From Octopus bimaculoides (taxonomy: Eukaryota): 64,000 bases of DNA. The translations under genes and the position numbers were made by a program. The stretch is taken from assembly GCF_001194135.2 (NCBI RefSeq), contig NC_068984.1, forward strand, positions 67,686,103 through 67,750,102, given 5' to 3'. How positions within the stretch are numbered: position 1 is the first letter of the stretch; the number at the start of each line of letters is the position of its first letter. Positions 13,459-24,411 of this stretch are shown here, piece after piece. Below the pieces are notes generated by a model. The model was not told where the DNA came from. It searched no databases and worked only from the letters and a program-made list of their open reading frames with translations.

Positions 13459-14443
13459 NNNNNNNNNNNNNNNNNNNNNNNNNNNNNNNNNNNNNNNNNN
13501 NNNNNNNNNNNNNNNNNNNNNNNNNNNNNNNNNNNNNNNNNNNNNNNNNNNNNNNNNNNNNNNNNNNNNNNNNNNNNNNNNNNNNNNNNNNNNNNNNNNN
13601 NNNNNNNNNNNNNNNNNNNNNNNNNNNNNNNNNNNNNNNNNNNNNNNNNNNNNNNNNNNNNNNNNNNNNNNNNNNNNNNNNNNNNNNNNNNNNNNNNNNN
13701 NNNNNNNNNNNNNNNNNNNNNNNNNNNNNNNNNNNNNNNNNNNNNNNNNNNNNNNNNNNNNNNNNNNNNNNNNNNNNNNNNNNNNNNNNNNNNNNNNNNN
13801 NNNNNNNNNNNNNNNNNNNNNNNNNNNNNNNNNNNNNNNNNNNNNNNNNNNNNNNNNNNNNNNNNNNNNNNNNNNNNNNNNNNNNNNNNNNNNNNNNNNN
13901 NNNNNNNNNNNNNNNNNNNNNNNNNNNNNNNNNNNNNNNNNNNNNNNNNNNNNNNNNNNNNNNNNNNNNNNNNNNNNNNNNNNNNNNNNNNNNNNNNNNN
14001 NNNNNNNNNNNNNNNNNNNNNNNNNNNNNNNNNNNNNNNNNNNNNNNNNNNNNNNNNNNNNNNNNNNNNNNNNNNNNNNNNNNNNNNNNNNNNNNNNNNN
14101 NNNNNNNNNNNNNNNNNNNNNNNNNNNNNNNNNNNNNNNNNNNNNNNNNNNNNNNNNNNNNNNNNNNNNNNNNNNNNNNNNNNNNNNNNNNNNNNNNNNN
14201 NNNNNNNNNNNNNNNNNNNNNNNNNNNNNNNNNNNNNNNNNNNNNNNNNNNNNNNNNNNNNNNNNNNNNNNNNNNNNNNNNNNNNNNNNNNNNNNNNNNN
14301 NNNNNNNNNNNNNNNNNNNNNNNNNNNNNNNNNNNNNNNNNNNNNNNNNNNNNNNNNNNNNNNNNNNNNNNNNNNNNNNNNNNNNNNNNNNNNNNNNNNN
14401 NNNNNNNNNNNNNNNNNNNNNNNNNNNNNNNNNNNNNNNNNNN
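13459..14443. other. assembly gap after (TA)n
   Basis: Run of Ns. Confidence 0.99.
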
Positions 14444-14459
14444 GTATACAAATTTAATC

Positions 14460-14600
14460 TGCGATCCATGGGACGAGCCGTTTTAACGATGCGTCCTGCC
14501 CAAGCTCGTCGAAACGCCGGTGTTAAAACGTGGGTAGCTGATGAAGTAGAATGTTCTCTATGTGGCTCGTGTGTTCTCGTCTACGTTTGTTTGCTATGTC
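14460..14600 (+). mobile_element. Penelope-LTR-like fragment with degenerate minimal hammerhead motif
   Basis: CGTTTTAA/TTAAAACG helix encloses a C-GATGC core, GTCGAAAC-GCCG-GT. CpG-rich relative to flanks. Confidence 0.35.
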
Positions 14601-15659
14601 CTGTACCCAGATATGCCCCTATACATACAGGTGGATGTCGGTATGCACATACCTGTACGTATATATGCATATACTCATTTACTATTTGTTTTTATATATA
14701 TATATATAGTTGTTTTCTTAAGTGTATTATCAACATAAACGCATTTCATGGATTATTGGATAAAATTATATTTACAATAATACTTCTTAGATGGGTATTA
14801 CAATAGCAAACTTTATTTTAAAAGTTAACCATCCGACCGAAAAGATAGTACTGTTAAAAAACCATGTTTTCAAACAGAACCAGCTGTAAGAGATAAGAGT
14901 AAGCCTGAAAGTAATATCTTGCTACGCGTGTTCGCTCGTTCAAAATATAGTTTTCCTCCTAATATGATGTGTATAATAAAAATGAGAGCATCCTATAGTG
15001 TTTTAATAATGAATTAGCAATGATATTTTAATAAAGCTTTATCTATACAATTTTAATAAGATGGCATTTTCGAAAAATATAGATGTATTTTTAATTTGAT
15101 TTAAAATACGACAGTATAAAATATCTCATGTATTAAATGTTAGAGCTCATTAATAAATCTACTGTTTTTAGTAAAACATATTTCGGATGAGATGAAGTCT
15201 CAACAATAGAAAGTCTTTGACATATACAGCCCATGAAATATTAAATTCAGTATGGGCAATTAAAACCGTACTTAATTTCAGCTTTCACACACTTTAGTAC
15301 TCAGACCACTTAATGCAATGTATCTTGAACAAATTAGAGCAGAATTCTTTCATCTATATGGAAAGTGGATTTCAGTTCCCAGATAAAGATTTAATAAGAA
15401 ATATTTTTCAATATTAGTAAAGTCTACTTCACAAATATTAACCATTCTCACAAGTTTAAAAAATATATTACACACCCAAGAAATACTAAACCTAAGTGCT
15501 TAAACTCTATATACAGACAATCTTGATCACATAAAAGTGCTTAACGACTAAATATCTCGAAGTCGCCTTACAGCACAATCCAACCTCTATCTCAGAGGTT
15601 CTTTTATATGAGAGCTCGACTAATAATGTTGTAATGTTATTACAGTGGCCTGTTACCTT

Positions 15660-15770
15660 GGAAACCGGTTTGTCTCGTACTAGCTCTATTCAGTTTTTTT
15701 CCCGGCTCACTTGTCTCCCCGCCCCGATCTGCGCCCATAATAATTCGCCTTGTGATTTCCTTCAGAAAGT
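15660..15770 (+). promoter_or_regulatory. candidate promoter/enhancer patch
   Basis: Locally GC/CpG-rich, unique-looking sequence. GC box CCCCGCCCC at 15717-15725 and palindrome AACCGGTT (Grainyhead-type consensus) at 15663-15670. Lies upstream of a well-bounded microexon. Confidence 0.3.
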
Positions 15771-15945
15771 TAGTTCTCTCTGAAATATTCTCTTTTCCCT
15801 TGCATTCCATTCAGTGATTCCTCTGAAGATGTTTAACAGAAACATGAACTGCGTCTATTTTGTTGTAAAGGTCATGAGTACAGCTTCTTCCTCTCAACTA
15901 ATCCAATAAAAATTAATATGTACAATATTTATTAACTATTTTCAG

Positions 15946-15989
15946 CGATGTGCAACCTAGCTTCTCGTCCCGATAGACGTGGCGCATCA
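15946..15989 (+). other. candidate 44-nt exon (ATG-MCNLASRPDRRGAS)
   Basis: Acceptor ATTAACTATTTTCAG and donor GTAAGT. Only one frame is open. No recognised homology. Confidence 0.35.
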
Positions 15990-16229
15990 GTAAGTATAGT
16001 TATCTAAACATCAAATTTTCAGTTAAATGCTGCTTCCAACATAAAATAGTGCATACATCTTCAATAACAAAGATGAGAATAAGTTCTCAAAGTTTGGTAA
16101 ACTCTAATGGTTAGTTCCTTTAAGTGCTAAGTCCCTTAATGGTTAACTCCTTTCATTCACTCTGTCATGGGAAAAACACAAGTCTGTATTATACTACACT
16201 CCACAACGATAATCCCTGGCACGAGCGGT

Positions 16230-16440
16230 AAGCTAAATCAAAACGGTCCAATGTCTACTGCTCGCCTAATTTCTACTACTGTATACACTGTTTTTTCTCA
16301 GTCCGAGATCACTTCACCTTGACTATTTGTGCTTATACTTCATAAATATTTCTACAGCAACATCCCACTACCACTATTTCGTATTACGTGTGAATATACT
16401 CTGTACACATCTTTAACATGCTCATAAAGAAAACGTTGTA
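16230..16440 (-). pseudogene. degraded LINE reverse-transcriptase fragment
   Basis: Minus strand KDVYRVYSHVIRNSGSG...QGEVIS resembles the RT region leading to the RQG.VLSP motif. Confidence 0.3.
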
Positions 16441-16822
16441 TAGTGTATGGACAATCACTTCAAGTGTTATCTGTAGATATCACATTGACATTTTCGAGCA
16501 GTGCTGAAGACTTGGGACACATCTAGGTATTAATTCCAGAAAATATTTACTGATTTGGATATCTGGTTGTTATGCCTGCTTCCTATTTACATTTTTGCAG
16601 TATGTATTTTCTCAATTCCTGTTCCTGAGATACAAAACTTTACACTTCAACATCAATGACAAATTACCGCATGCTCTAGTTAGACATGTTACAGTCACTG
16701 TAGCTGGCTTTCTGACAGAAAAAAAAATTCATCTAATGTTCTGTTGTTGTAGAGATTTAGAATTATGTATAAATGTATGTATGCGTGTTTGTTAGAACGA
16801 CCTAAATCAGACTCTCGAACAG

Positions 16823-16824
<2 letters not shown>

Positions 16825-16866
<42 letters not shown>

Positions 16867-16875
16867 ACACACACA

Positions 16876-16912
<37 letters not shown>
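16825..16912. repeat. (AC)n microsatellite
   Basis: Seen directly. Confidence 0.98.
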
Positions 16913-16917
<5 letters not shown>

Positions 16918-19121
16918 CACATGTATGTATTTATTATTTTCGAGCGAGTAATTCCTATATACAAACGTGTACCTGTCTTTGTCCCACACGAGAGTATTAA
17001 AGCAAGAATCGACTAAGAACTGTGGTTAAGTGTGGCTAGGGATTGCAATGCGTAAACTAAATTTACAACACTAACGATCTTGCATATATATAATACGCAC
17101 GCACACGCACACACACACAAACACACACATACACGCACACATGAATCTAATATGCAGAAGGGTATGATGTATATGTGCATTCACTTGCTTAGCCCCGGCG
17201 CGAGTATTTAAAAGAATTTACGCTAGACATCATGAAGTATTTTAAGCTTATGTAGGACTATATTATGTAGTGCATTATTTCATAATGATGCAATGTCATT
17301 GGAGGACTATTTGGCGGGCATTTCTCACAGGATAGTCAACCACGATCAGGCTTCGTCTTTTAACTCAAAGATATGTATTATGTCTCCCTTATTACTGATT
17401 CAACAGCTCCTACAGTTGGATAGAACTGTTCAAATAATTTCAAACTAATTGATTGTCAAACGAATTTGATTTGAAAGTATATGGTTTACTTTTAACGATA
17501 AGACTGTAATTAATTTGTTCCTCTGATCTTAAACCAATTTGAAAGTTAAATGCCGGATTTTTCCAGGCATAGATATTTTAGTAAATTATTAACTGTCAGT
17601 TTGGAATAGAATGTGTTAGGAAATGAATCTAGTGTAATAAGAAGATAAGGGTTTATAATTGTCGCAAATTGTCAAGAGCTCATGGTTCAGCTGATATATT
17701 TCGTTTCTGAATTAATTCCATATCTATCAAAATGTCAATAGTTTGATTTATAATTTCAACCTGTTTTCAGTCGCTTACGAAGGAGTATATTCTACTCAAA
17801 AAAAATATGTAATTTGAATAATTTATATGGACATATAAGAATATCAGAATTCTTAACTATATCATTTTACGCCTGATTATGTATTTTCATCTGAAAATAT
17901 GTTTATTTCATGTTATCAGTGTGAGTTATGATCCTTCTTAACATAGAAAGATTAAAAAGACATGTTTCAATGTAGGTGAATTAAGACAAGTTAAACAAAG
18001 TTCTTAAAAGAATTTACAAATATTATTGCTAAGAATAAGGTAAATGTAAATTCCAAGAGAAAATCTTCCTTGTTTATATGCAACTGCCTGAAGGAAAAGA
18101 AGGAAATGTGTGCATAACATCTTAGCTCCAGTGAGAACTCGATAAAATCAAGAAGTGAATAGGAAAAGATTAAAAATAATAGCTCCACATCGATGACATA
18201 CACTATAAAAGTAGGCGAATCTTATATTTAATTTTCATAAAGTATTTATTTGAAAACTGGATGGGGTAACATCATGGTAGATAATGCCTCTAAGCAATAG
18301 TATAGTGGTATTTAATGCAATAAATTAACAGTAAACATGTCAAAAATTACATCGGAAAAATAAATAATCAATTACTGTGAAAATATGTATAAACTTTATA
18401 TAGACATATTCGAAATATTAAAGATGTTATTCACGAAAATATATAAACTATATGATACTTCTGTTAATAAATGACCCAATCAGAACAGATTCCGATCATG
18501 TACCCCAATGTGATCAAGAGCACTCCTATTATTGTGAAAATACCGAGTATCACTTGCCTGAAATGAAGAAATAACAAGATATAAAAGAGTAAAATATTAA
18601 AAATATTATTTTGAAGGGGCAGTAAAGCAAGGAAGCTGAGACTAGAGTGTGAATTGAACGAAATATTATATCAATGGTATATAAAAACATCCGAATGTTT
18701 TGTGAAGGGAAATCGCAGGAAGAAATGCTGGAAGATTCTGAAATGGGAGAAAACTGAAATATACTAATATGCTTCCATATTCGATAGCATTTTCCTCTCA
18801 AGAGACCCACGGTGGGAATCTTTAAGTGATATAGTCACCTAGTAATGAGAGTTGTTAAATCATTATCAAATCGCACTCGAAAACATGAAGATCAGATGGG
18901 ATAGTTTAGGTCACGATACATGTCCTTTAAAAGTGTTAAAGAGGGGATAAATACCACTAGAAAGCCTATAATGATACGTGACAAAATATAAGTTTAAGTG
19001 ATAACAATAGGTGCTGCAAAACACAGTAGAACAGCTAGTACAAAGTTTTGTACGGATTTTCATAAATATTACGGAGAGGGAGCACTAAGCAGTGATAAGT
19101 AAAACTGTAATGTTATGATCA

Positions 19122-19708
19122 GTTCGAATATGCTTGATGCACGTTTGAACTGAGGAACAAGCTACTCACTGAGTTTTGTCAGGGAGAACGTATCTCGCTT
19201 GTTGACAAATGGTGTGTAGATCAGCTCGCAGCGCCGCCTACATAGACTGTGAGATGCTAGCATTTTGGTATAGTTATCTCCCCTTCGGTCACAGACATAA
19301 TGTGATTGAATTAACACCATTTGTTAACAAGCAAGATATATTCTCCGTAACAAAGCGCAGCGAGTAACTTGTTCTCCAATGCGAACGTGTATCAGGCATA
19401 TTCGGATTGATAATAACATTGCAATTTCACTGATCACTACTTAGCGGTCCCCCTCCGTAAATTACTCACGGTGAGACGTTGTATAGCGCATCCAGTGGGG
19501 TAAAAGCTTCAGTCTATTCACTTCGCGCGTAGCATCGTCTGCCTAGTGTCTGTGACCGAAGAGGAGATAACTACTCTGAAATGCTAGCACCTCAGACTCT
19601 AGGTAGGTGGCACGGCGATAAGTCGGAAATTTATACAGAGTTAAATTTATACAAAATGCAGTAAATAGCTTGTTCCCCAGTTCGAACGTACCTCAAGTAC
19701 ATTCAAAC
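19122..19708. mobile_element. foldback/MITE-like element with long imperfect inverted arms
   Basis: 19122-19179 pairs with 19651-19708 and 19227-19297 pairs with 19547-19617 (e.g. AGTTATCTCCCCTTCGGTCACAGACA vs TGTCTGTGACCGAAGAGGAGATAACT). Confidence 0.8.
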
Positions 19709-20232
19709 TTAACTTCGAGCGACACAACAGCAAAATAACACAGTGACGAACCTAAGCACTTGTTTTACTCCTGTCATGATAACTGTCAGTGTATGATGTT
19801 TCGTGATACAACGAAACAGCCTTGGAATTACATAGTATCATGGCTAAACATGTGTTTTCGCTGGAGTTATGAAATTTTAAAATAATGTAGCAAGCAAAAT
19901 GTGCTTGAGCAACAGATAACAGAATAAATAATGCCGGTAAACAATTTTTTCAAGAAGCACGTATATCAATATTTTGTACGTAGTTGCTTCACTTGCTAGA
20001 CATGCCAGAAAACTCTCTCTCTCTCTCTCTCTCTCTCAAAGTACACTACAGAGGATTAGGTAGCTACATGAAAGGACCGTAGTTTTAAGATATAAATAAA
20101 AATGCCAACTTTACCTCCCACTGATACTTTAGAACAGTAATATTTTATAATCGATAAAGCTATGTCCTCTAATATCAGCTGTATTCGTTTCTTTTAATAT
20201 TCAGTATTAATATATATATGAATTCAGTATAA

Positions 20233-20424
20233 AGGCGGCGAGCTGGCAGAATTGTTAGCACACCGTGCATCTTTATGTTCGGAGCTCAAATACCGCCTTG
20301 GCCAGCTTTGCCTTTCATCCTTTCGGGGTCGATGAAGAAGGCACCAGTTGAGTACTGGGGATGACGCAATCGAGGTACCCACTTTCCCGAAGTTGGTGGC
20401 CTTGTGCCAAAATTTGAGACCAAT
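20233..20424 (+). mobile_element. SINE family A copy (GGCGGCGAGCTGGCAGAA... type)
   Basis: Homologous to many copies in the window. Core TTTGCCTTTCATCCTTTCGGGGTCGAT, end GGCCTTGTGCCAAAATTTGAGACC. Confidence 0.85.
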
Positions 20425-20864
20425 ATATGTGTATATATGTATATGTGTGTGTATGTATGTATCAGTTTAAAAAATTGTAAGAAAATATATATATAAGTTG
20501 ATATCACTTATTATTTTAGGAAATGGGATAACCATAAAAGCTGATCCTGGAGTGTGATTTCAATTCAGGACACCGACTAGACAAATTAAACTAAATACCG
20601 AAAGATATCTATGTAATCCATTAGGTTTGAAATGACAGAATAAATCCTTTTACAAAGTATGAAAGCAAAGCAGATTTTCGTTTTACAATATGCAGTACTT
20701 TATAGTAAAGTAGAAAAGTAAAGTAGCAAAATTGGTTTACAAACTTTAAAGTTTCTTTCTGTCGCATGCATAATTCTTTTTATACTTAGAGAAATGAAAA
20801 CCCATTAAAAAAACCATAGCAATGGGGTAACAGTACACACACAAACAGCGACACACGTGCGCGC

Positions 20865-20895
<31 letters not shown>

Positions 20896-21355
20896 TTCAT
20901 ACGTAAATACATACGTAAATACATACGTACATATAGATACATACAAGCATACACACATATACATATATACATACATATACACACATAAACACATTTTTAT
21001 ATTCCTTTATTATATATGTGTTGAATCATGTTTGAATTTACGAATATACCATAAAAATATTTAAAACTCTTAAATTCCAATGCAAAAGCAAACTTTAATT
21101 TCATTTTCATAATTTAGAATGTTTTTTTACAGAAACATACAACGTTCTGTTACTTTAATTTCAATGCAAACTTTAAAATCTTATATTTATTCTAAGCTTT
21201 AAGGGAATATTGCATTTAGCAACGCTAAGTGAAGCTCTAATTTTATTGCAAACATTTTACAAGATTATTCTCAGAATATTTCAAGATTATTTTCAGATAT
21301 ATTTCCCAGTAAACTATGAAAAGTATTTCTGATTTAGAAGATAAGATATATTATA

Positions 21356-22546
21356 TTAGGTCGTCAAGTATGAAATTTGTAGTAAAGTATATGGTAAACT
21401 TTGACAGCTGCTCATTTCGCCCCGTTATGGTATTTTAACATTTTTATTTTTCGTTGGAAAGCTGACACATTTGTTTGTTTATTATAACTCATTTTGCGCT
21501 TTATACAATATTTATAAATCATTTTTTGGTATTTTTGTTTATAGATAGATAAGTCGGAAATTTATACAGAGTTAAAATATGAATTCTTTCTTGGAAATAC
21601 AACATCGCAGGCAGCTCGGAATAAGAGTATCAAATTGGTTTGCAGAATTTCGTTCTGGTAACTTTGACCTCACAAATGAGCAGAACCAGAAACAAAAGTG
21701 GATATGACGAACTGAAAGCCACCATCGAATCAGATCCATTTCAAAGTGCCCGTGAATTATCGTTGTTCTTTGGTGTTAGCAAGCAAACAATATTGACTCA
21801 CCTAGTTCAAATCGGTTAAGGGAAAAATTTGGATAAGTGGGTTCCTCATGAACTCACTAAAAATCAGAAACAGTAACGTTTGGAAGCCTGCATTATGCTA
21901 CTTTCTCGTCACAAAAAGTAATCATTTTTCAATCGAATTGTAACATGTGATGAGTAATGGATCCAGTACAACAACCGCAAACGTTCAGCACAATGGTTGA
22001 ACAAAGACGAGCCACCAAAACAGTCCAGAAAGCAAAATTCAACAAAAGAAGCTGTGTGTGTTTGGTGGTCTGGCGCAGGTGTGATACATTATGATTTCAT
22101 TAAACCTGGCTCATCAATCACGGCCGAAGTATACTGCAGCCAACTGGACAAAATAACGCAGAAACGTACAAAAAAAAATCAGCCCAGATTAGTCAATAGA
22201 TCCACTTCTATTTTATTGCAAGACAATGCCAGAAAACACATCGCAAAAATGGCATTCGCGAAACTACAGGAGTTGGAGTTGGAAATTCTCCATCATCCAC
22301 CATACTCATCTGATCTTGATAGGGAAAAAAATAATTCCCACGATGCTATAAAACAAGCCTTCCAAGAATTTATTGACTCTAGATTGCCAGGCTTTTACGG
22401 TTCCGGGTTGGACAAGCTACCGCTAAATTGGCAAAAGTGTATTGACAAGATGGGTGCATACTTTGATGAATAAAACAACTCCTTGCATTCATAAAACATT
22501 AGCAAACTTCTTTTCTTTTCTACAAATTTCATACTTGACGGCCTAA
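21356..22546 (+). mobile_element. mariner (DD34D) transposon, complete ends, dead transposase
   Basis: 27-bp TIRs TTAGGTCGTCAAGTATGAAATTTGTAG and CTACAAATTTCATACTTGACGGCCTAA (1 mismatch), with TA at both ends. Confidence 0.95.
21545..22473 (+). pseudogene. mariner transposase pseudogene
   Basis: DKSEI..LKYEF start, WVPHEL, RIVTCDE*W, LQDNARKH and HPPYSSDL motifs. Stops, frameshifts and a deletion removing the third catalytic Asp. Confidence 0.93.
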
Positions 22547-22969
22547 TACCTTCATTTCATTGTAAATATGGAAATAGAATTACAATGACTTTTGTGAAGA
22601 AGTTATTTCCCTTGCCCTAGTAAAGTACGATTTTCAACCTGTGTTAGAATCAGAATTGAAACGAGAATGAATTAGATTCCATAACTCTGCTAATGCTGAC
22701 AATAAGTTCTTAGAATCCAGATATTGACATCCCGGCCTATATGAAGTTTTATAGATGGGGTATATGCATCATGATTGAATATCATATTTGAGTAACTAAA
22801 ATGACTACTTGTCTTAAAACTGAATACAGAAATAGTTAAGCCTAGACAGTAAACTGATAGATTGAAATACATACACGCATGCACATACACACTTACATTC
22901 ATACGTACATACACATAAAAATACAATTGTGAATATGTTTGAAAATTCATACATACATACATACAAACA

Positions 22970-23120
22970 TCCTGACTGTGTGGTAAGAAGCTTTCTTCCC
23001 AACTACATGGTTCCGGTTTCAGTCCCACTGCGTCTATAATATACAGTCCCTTCTACTATAGCCTCGGGCCGGCCAAAGCCTTGTGAGTGGATTTGGTAGA
23101 CGGAAACTGAAAGAAGCTCG

Positions 23121-23172
<52 letters not shown>

Positions 23173-23400
23173 TGTATGTGTGTGTGTTGTGTGTGTGTAT
23201 CTTTGTTTGTCCCCCATCACTGCTTGACAACCACTGTTGGTGTATTTACGTCCCCGTAACCTCGTGGTTTAGCAAAAAGACCGCTAAGTACTTAAGAAAT
23301 AAGTCCTGGGTTAATCTGTTCAACTAAGACCTCATCAAGGCAGTGCTCCACCATATCCGTATTCAAAGGAATGAAACACACAAAAGAATAAAAGAAAGAA
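22970..23400 (+). mobile_element. SINE family B, near full-length, with internal (TA)n(GT)n
   Basis: tRNA-like head TGTGTGGTAAGAAGCTT...GGTTTCAGTCCCACTGCG, body GTGGATTTGGTAGACGGAAACTGAAAGAAGC, tail AAAAGAATAAAAG. Homologous to 35682 and 59135 copies. Confidence 0.88.
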
Positions 23401-24109
23401 TCCGAAGGGTTGTGAGTACTGCCCTAACTTCTTTAACTAAGTTACAATATGGTGTTACTCGATAAGATACCACAAACCGCAGCAAAAATATTTTATAGCA
23501 AATAATATATGATATTAGTCAAATAATAAACTTTGTATAATTTTTGGATGTGTACCATAACTAGCATAATCCTTTCTATTATTACCATAACTAACAATAT
23601 AACTGCTTTAGTTTCAACTAGCATTCTCGAATCAAATCATTTCCTAAAGAACTACTGCTCAGAATGAACACACACACATGCACACACGTACATACATGCA
23701 ACAAACATATGTCTACACACACTCGCATAAATATATGTATGTACACACACACACACACACACCCACACCCACACACACACACACACGCACACGCACATAC
23801 ACACAGAGGAAATGAGAAAAGTTCAAATCATGTAAACCACAATGAACACATGTGTCCGGATTTAATTAAGGTAAAAATTGTCCGAAATAAAGCATATATT
23901 GATATATCAAAAATATAAAAATATATGAATAGTACAGATATGTGGACATATAAACATATGAATATATAAACATAGTAATAATATAATCAAATACAGGAAT
24001 ATAGATAAAAACATTTTTTTTTTAAATTTAAAATATAGCGAAGAGAAAATAATAGGCATCAAAAACCCTATGGGTTTCAAATTTTGTTTCACAAATCATG
24101 TAATTATAA

Positions 24110-24411
24110 AATCGATTAAACACTACGGCACCTTATGTCGCAGGCTGACGAACATCTTTGCGTAGAATTTTGAACACGGAAAATATCGGGAAGTCCGTGT
24201 GTGTGAGTGAGTGCGGGCTTGCGTTAATGTAAAACTGTAAACTTATTGGTAGAACAGCTTCCTTCCTTTTATGCCATATCGGTACGTAGAGATTCAATAC
24301 GTTGAGATCAATAAAACAAACGCCAAAACGAAATTACTCGGCTCTACATAATCGATTAAAATGTAAGAGAACAGTTCCTCAATACGGCTACAGTCTAATA
24401 AAGTAGTGAGT
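24110..24411 (+). promoter_or_regulatory. CpG-enriched candidate promoter/first-exon region
   Basis: High local CpG density. AATCGATTAAA occurs at 24110-24120 and 24350-24360. Several + strand donors (GTGAGT at 24406). Confidence 0.25.
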
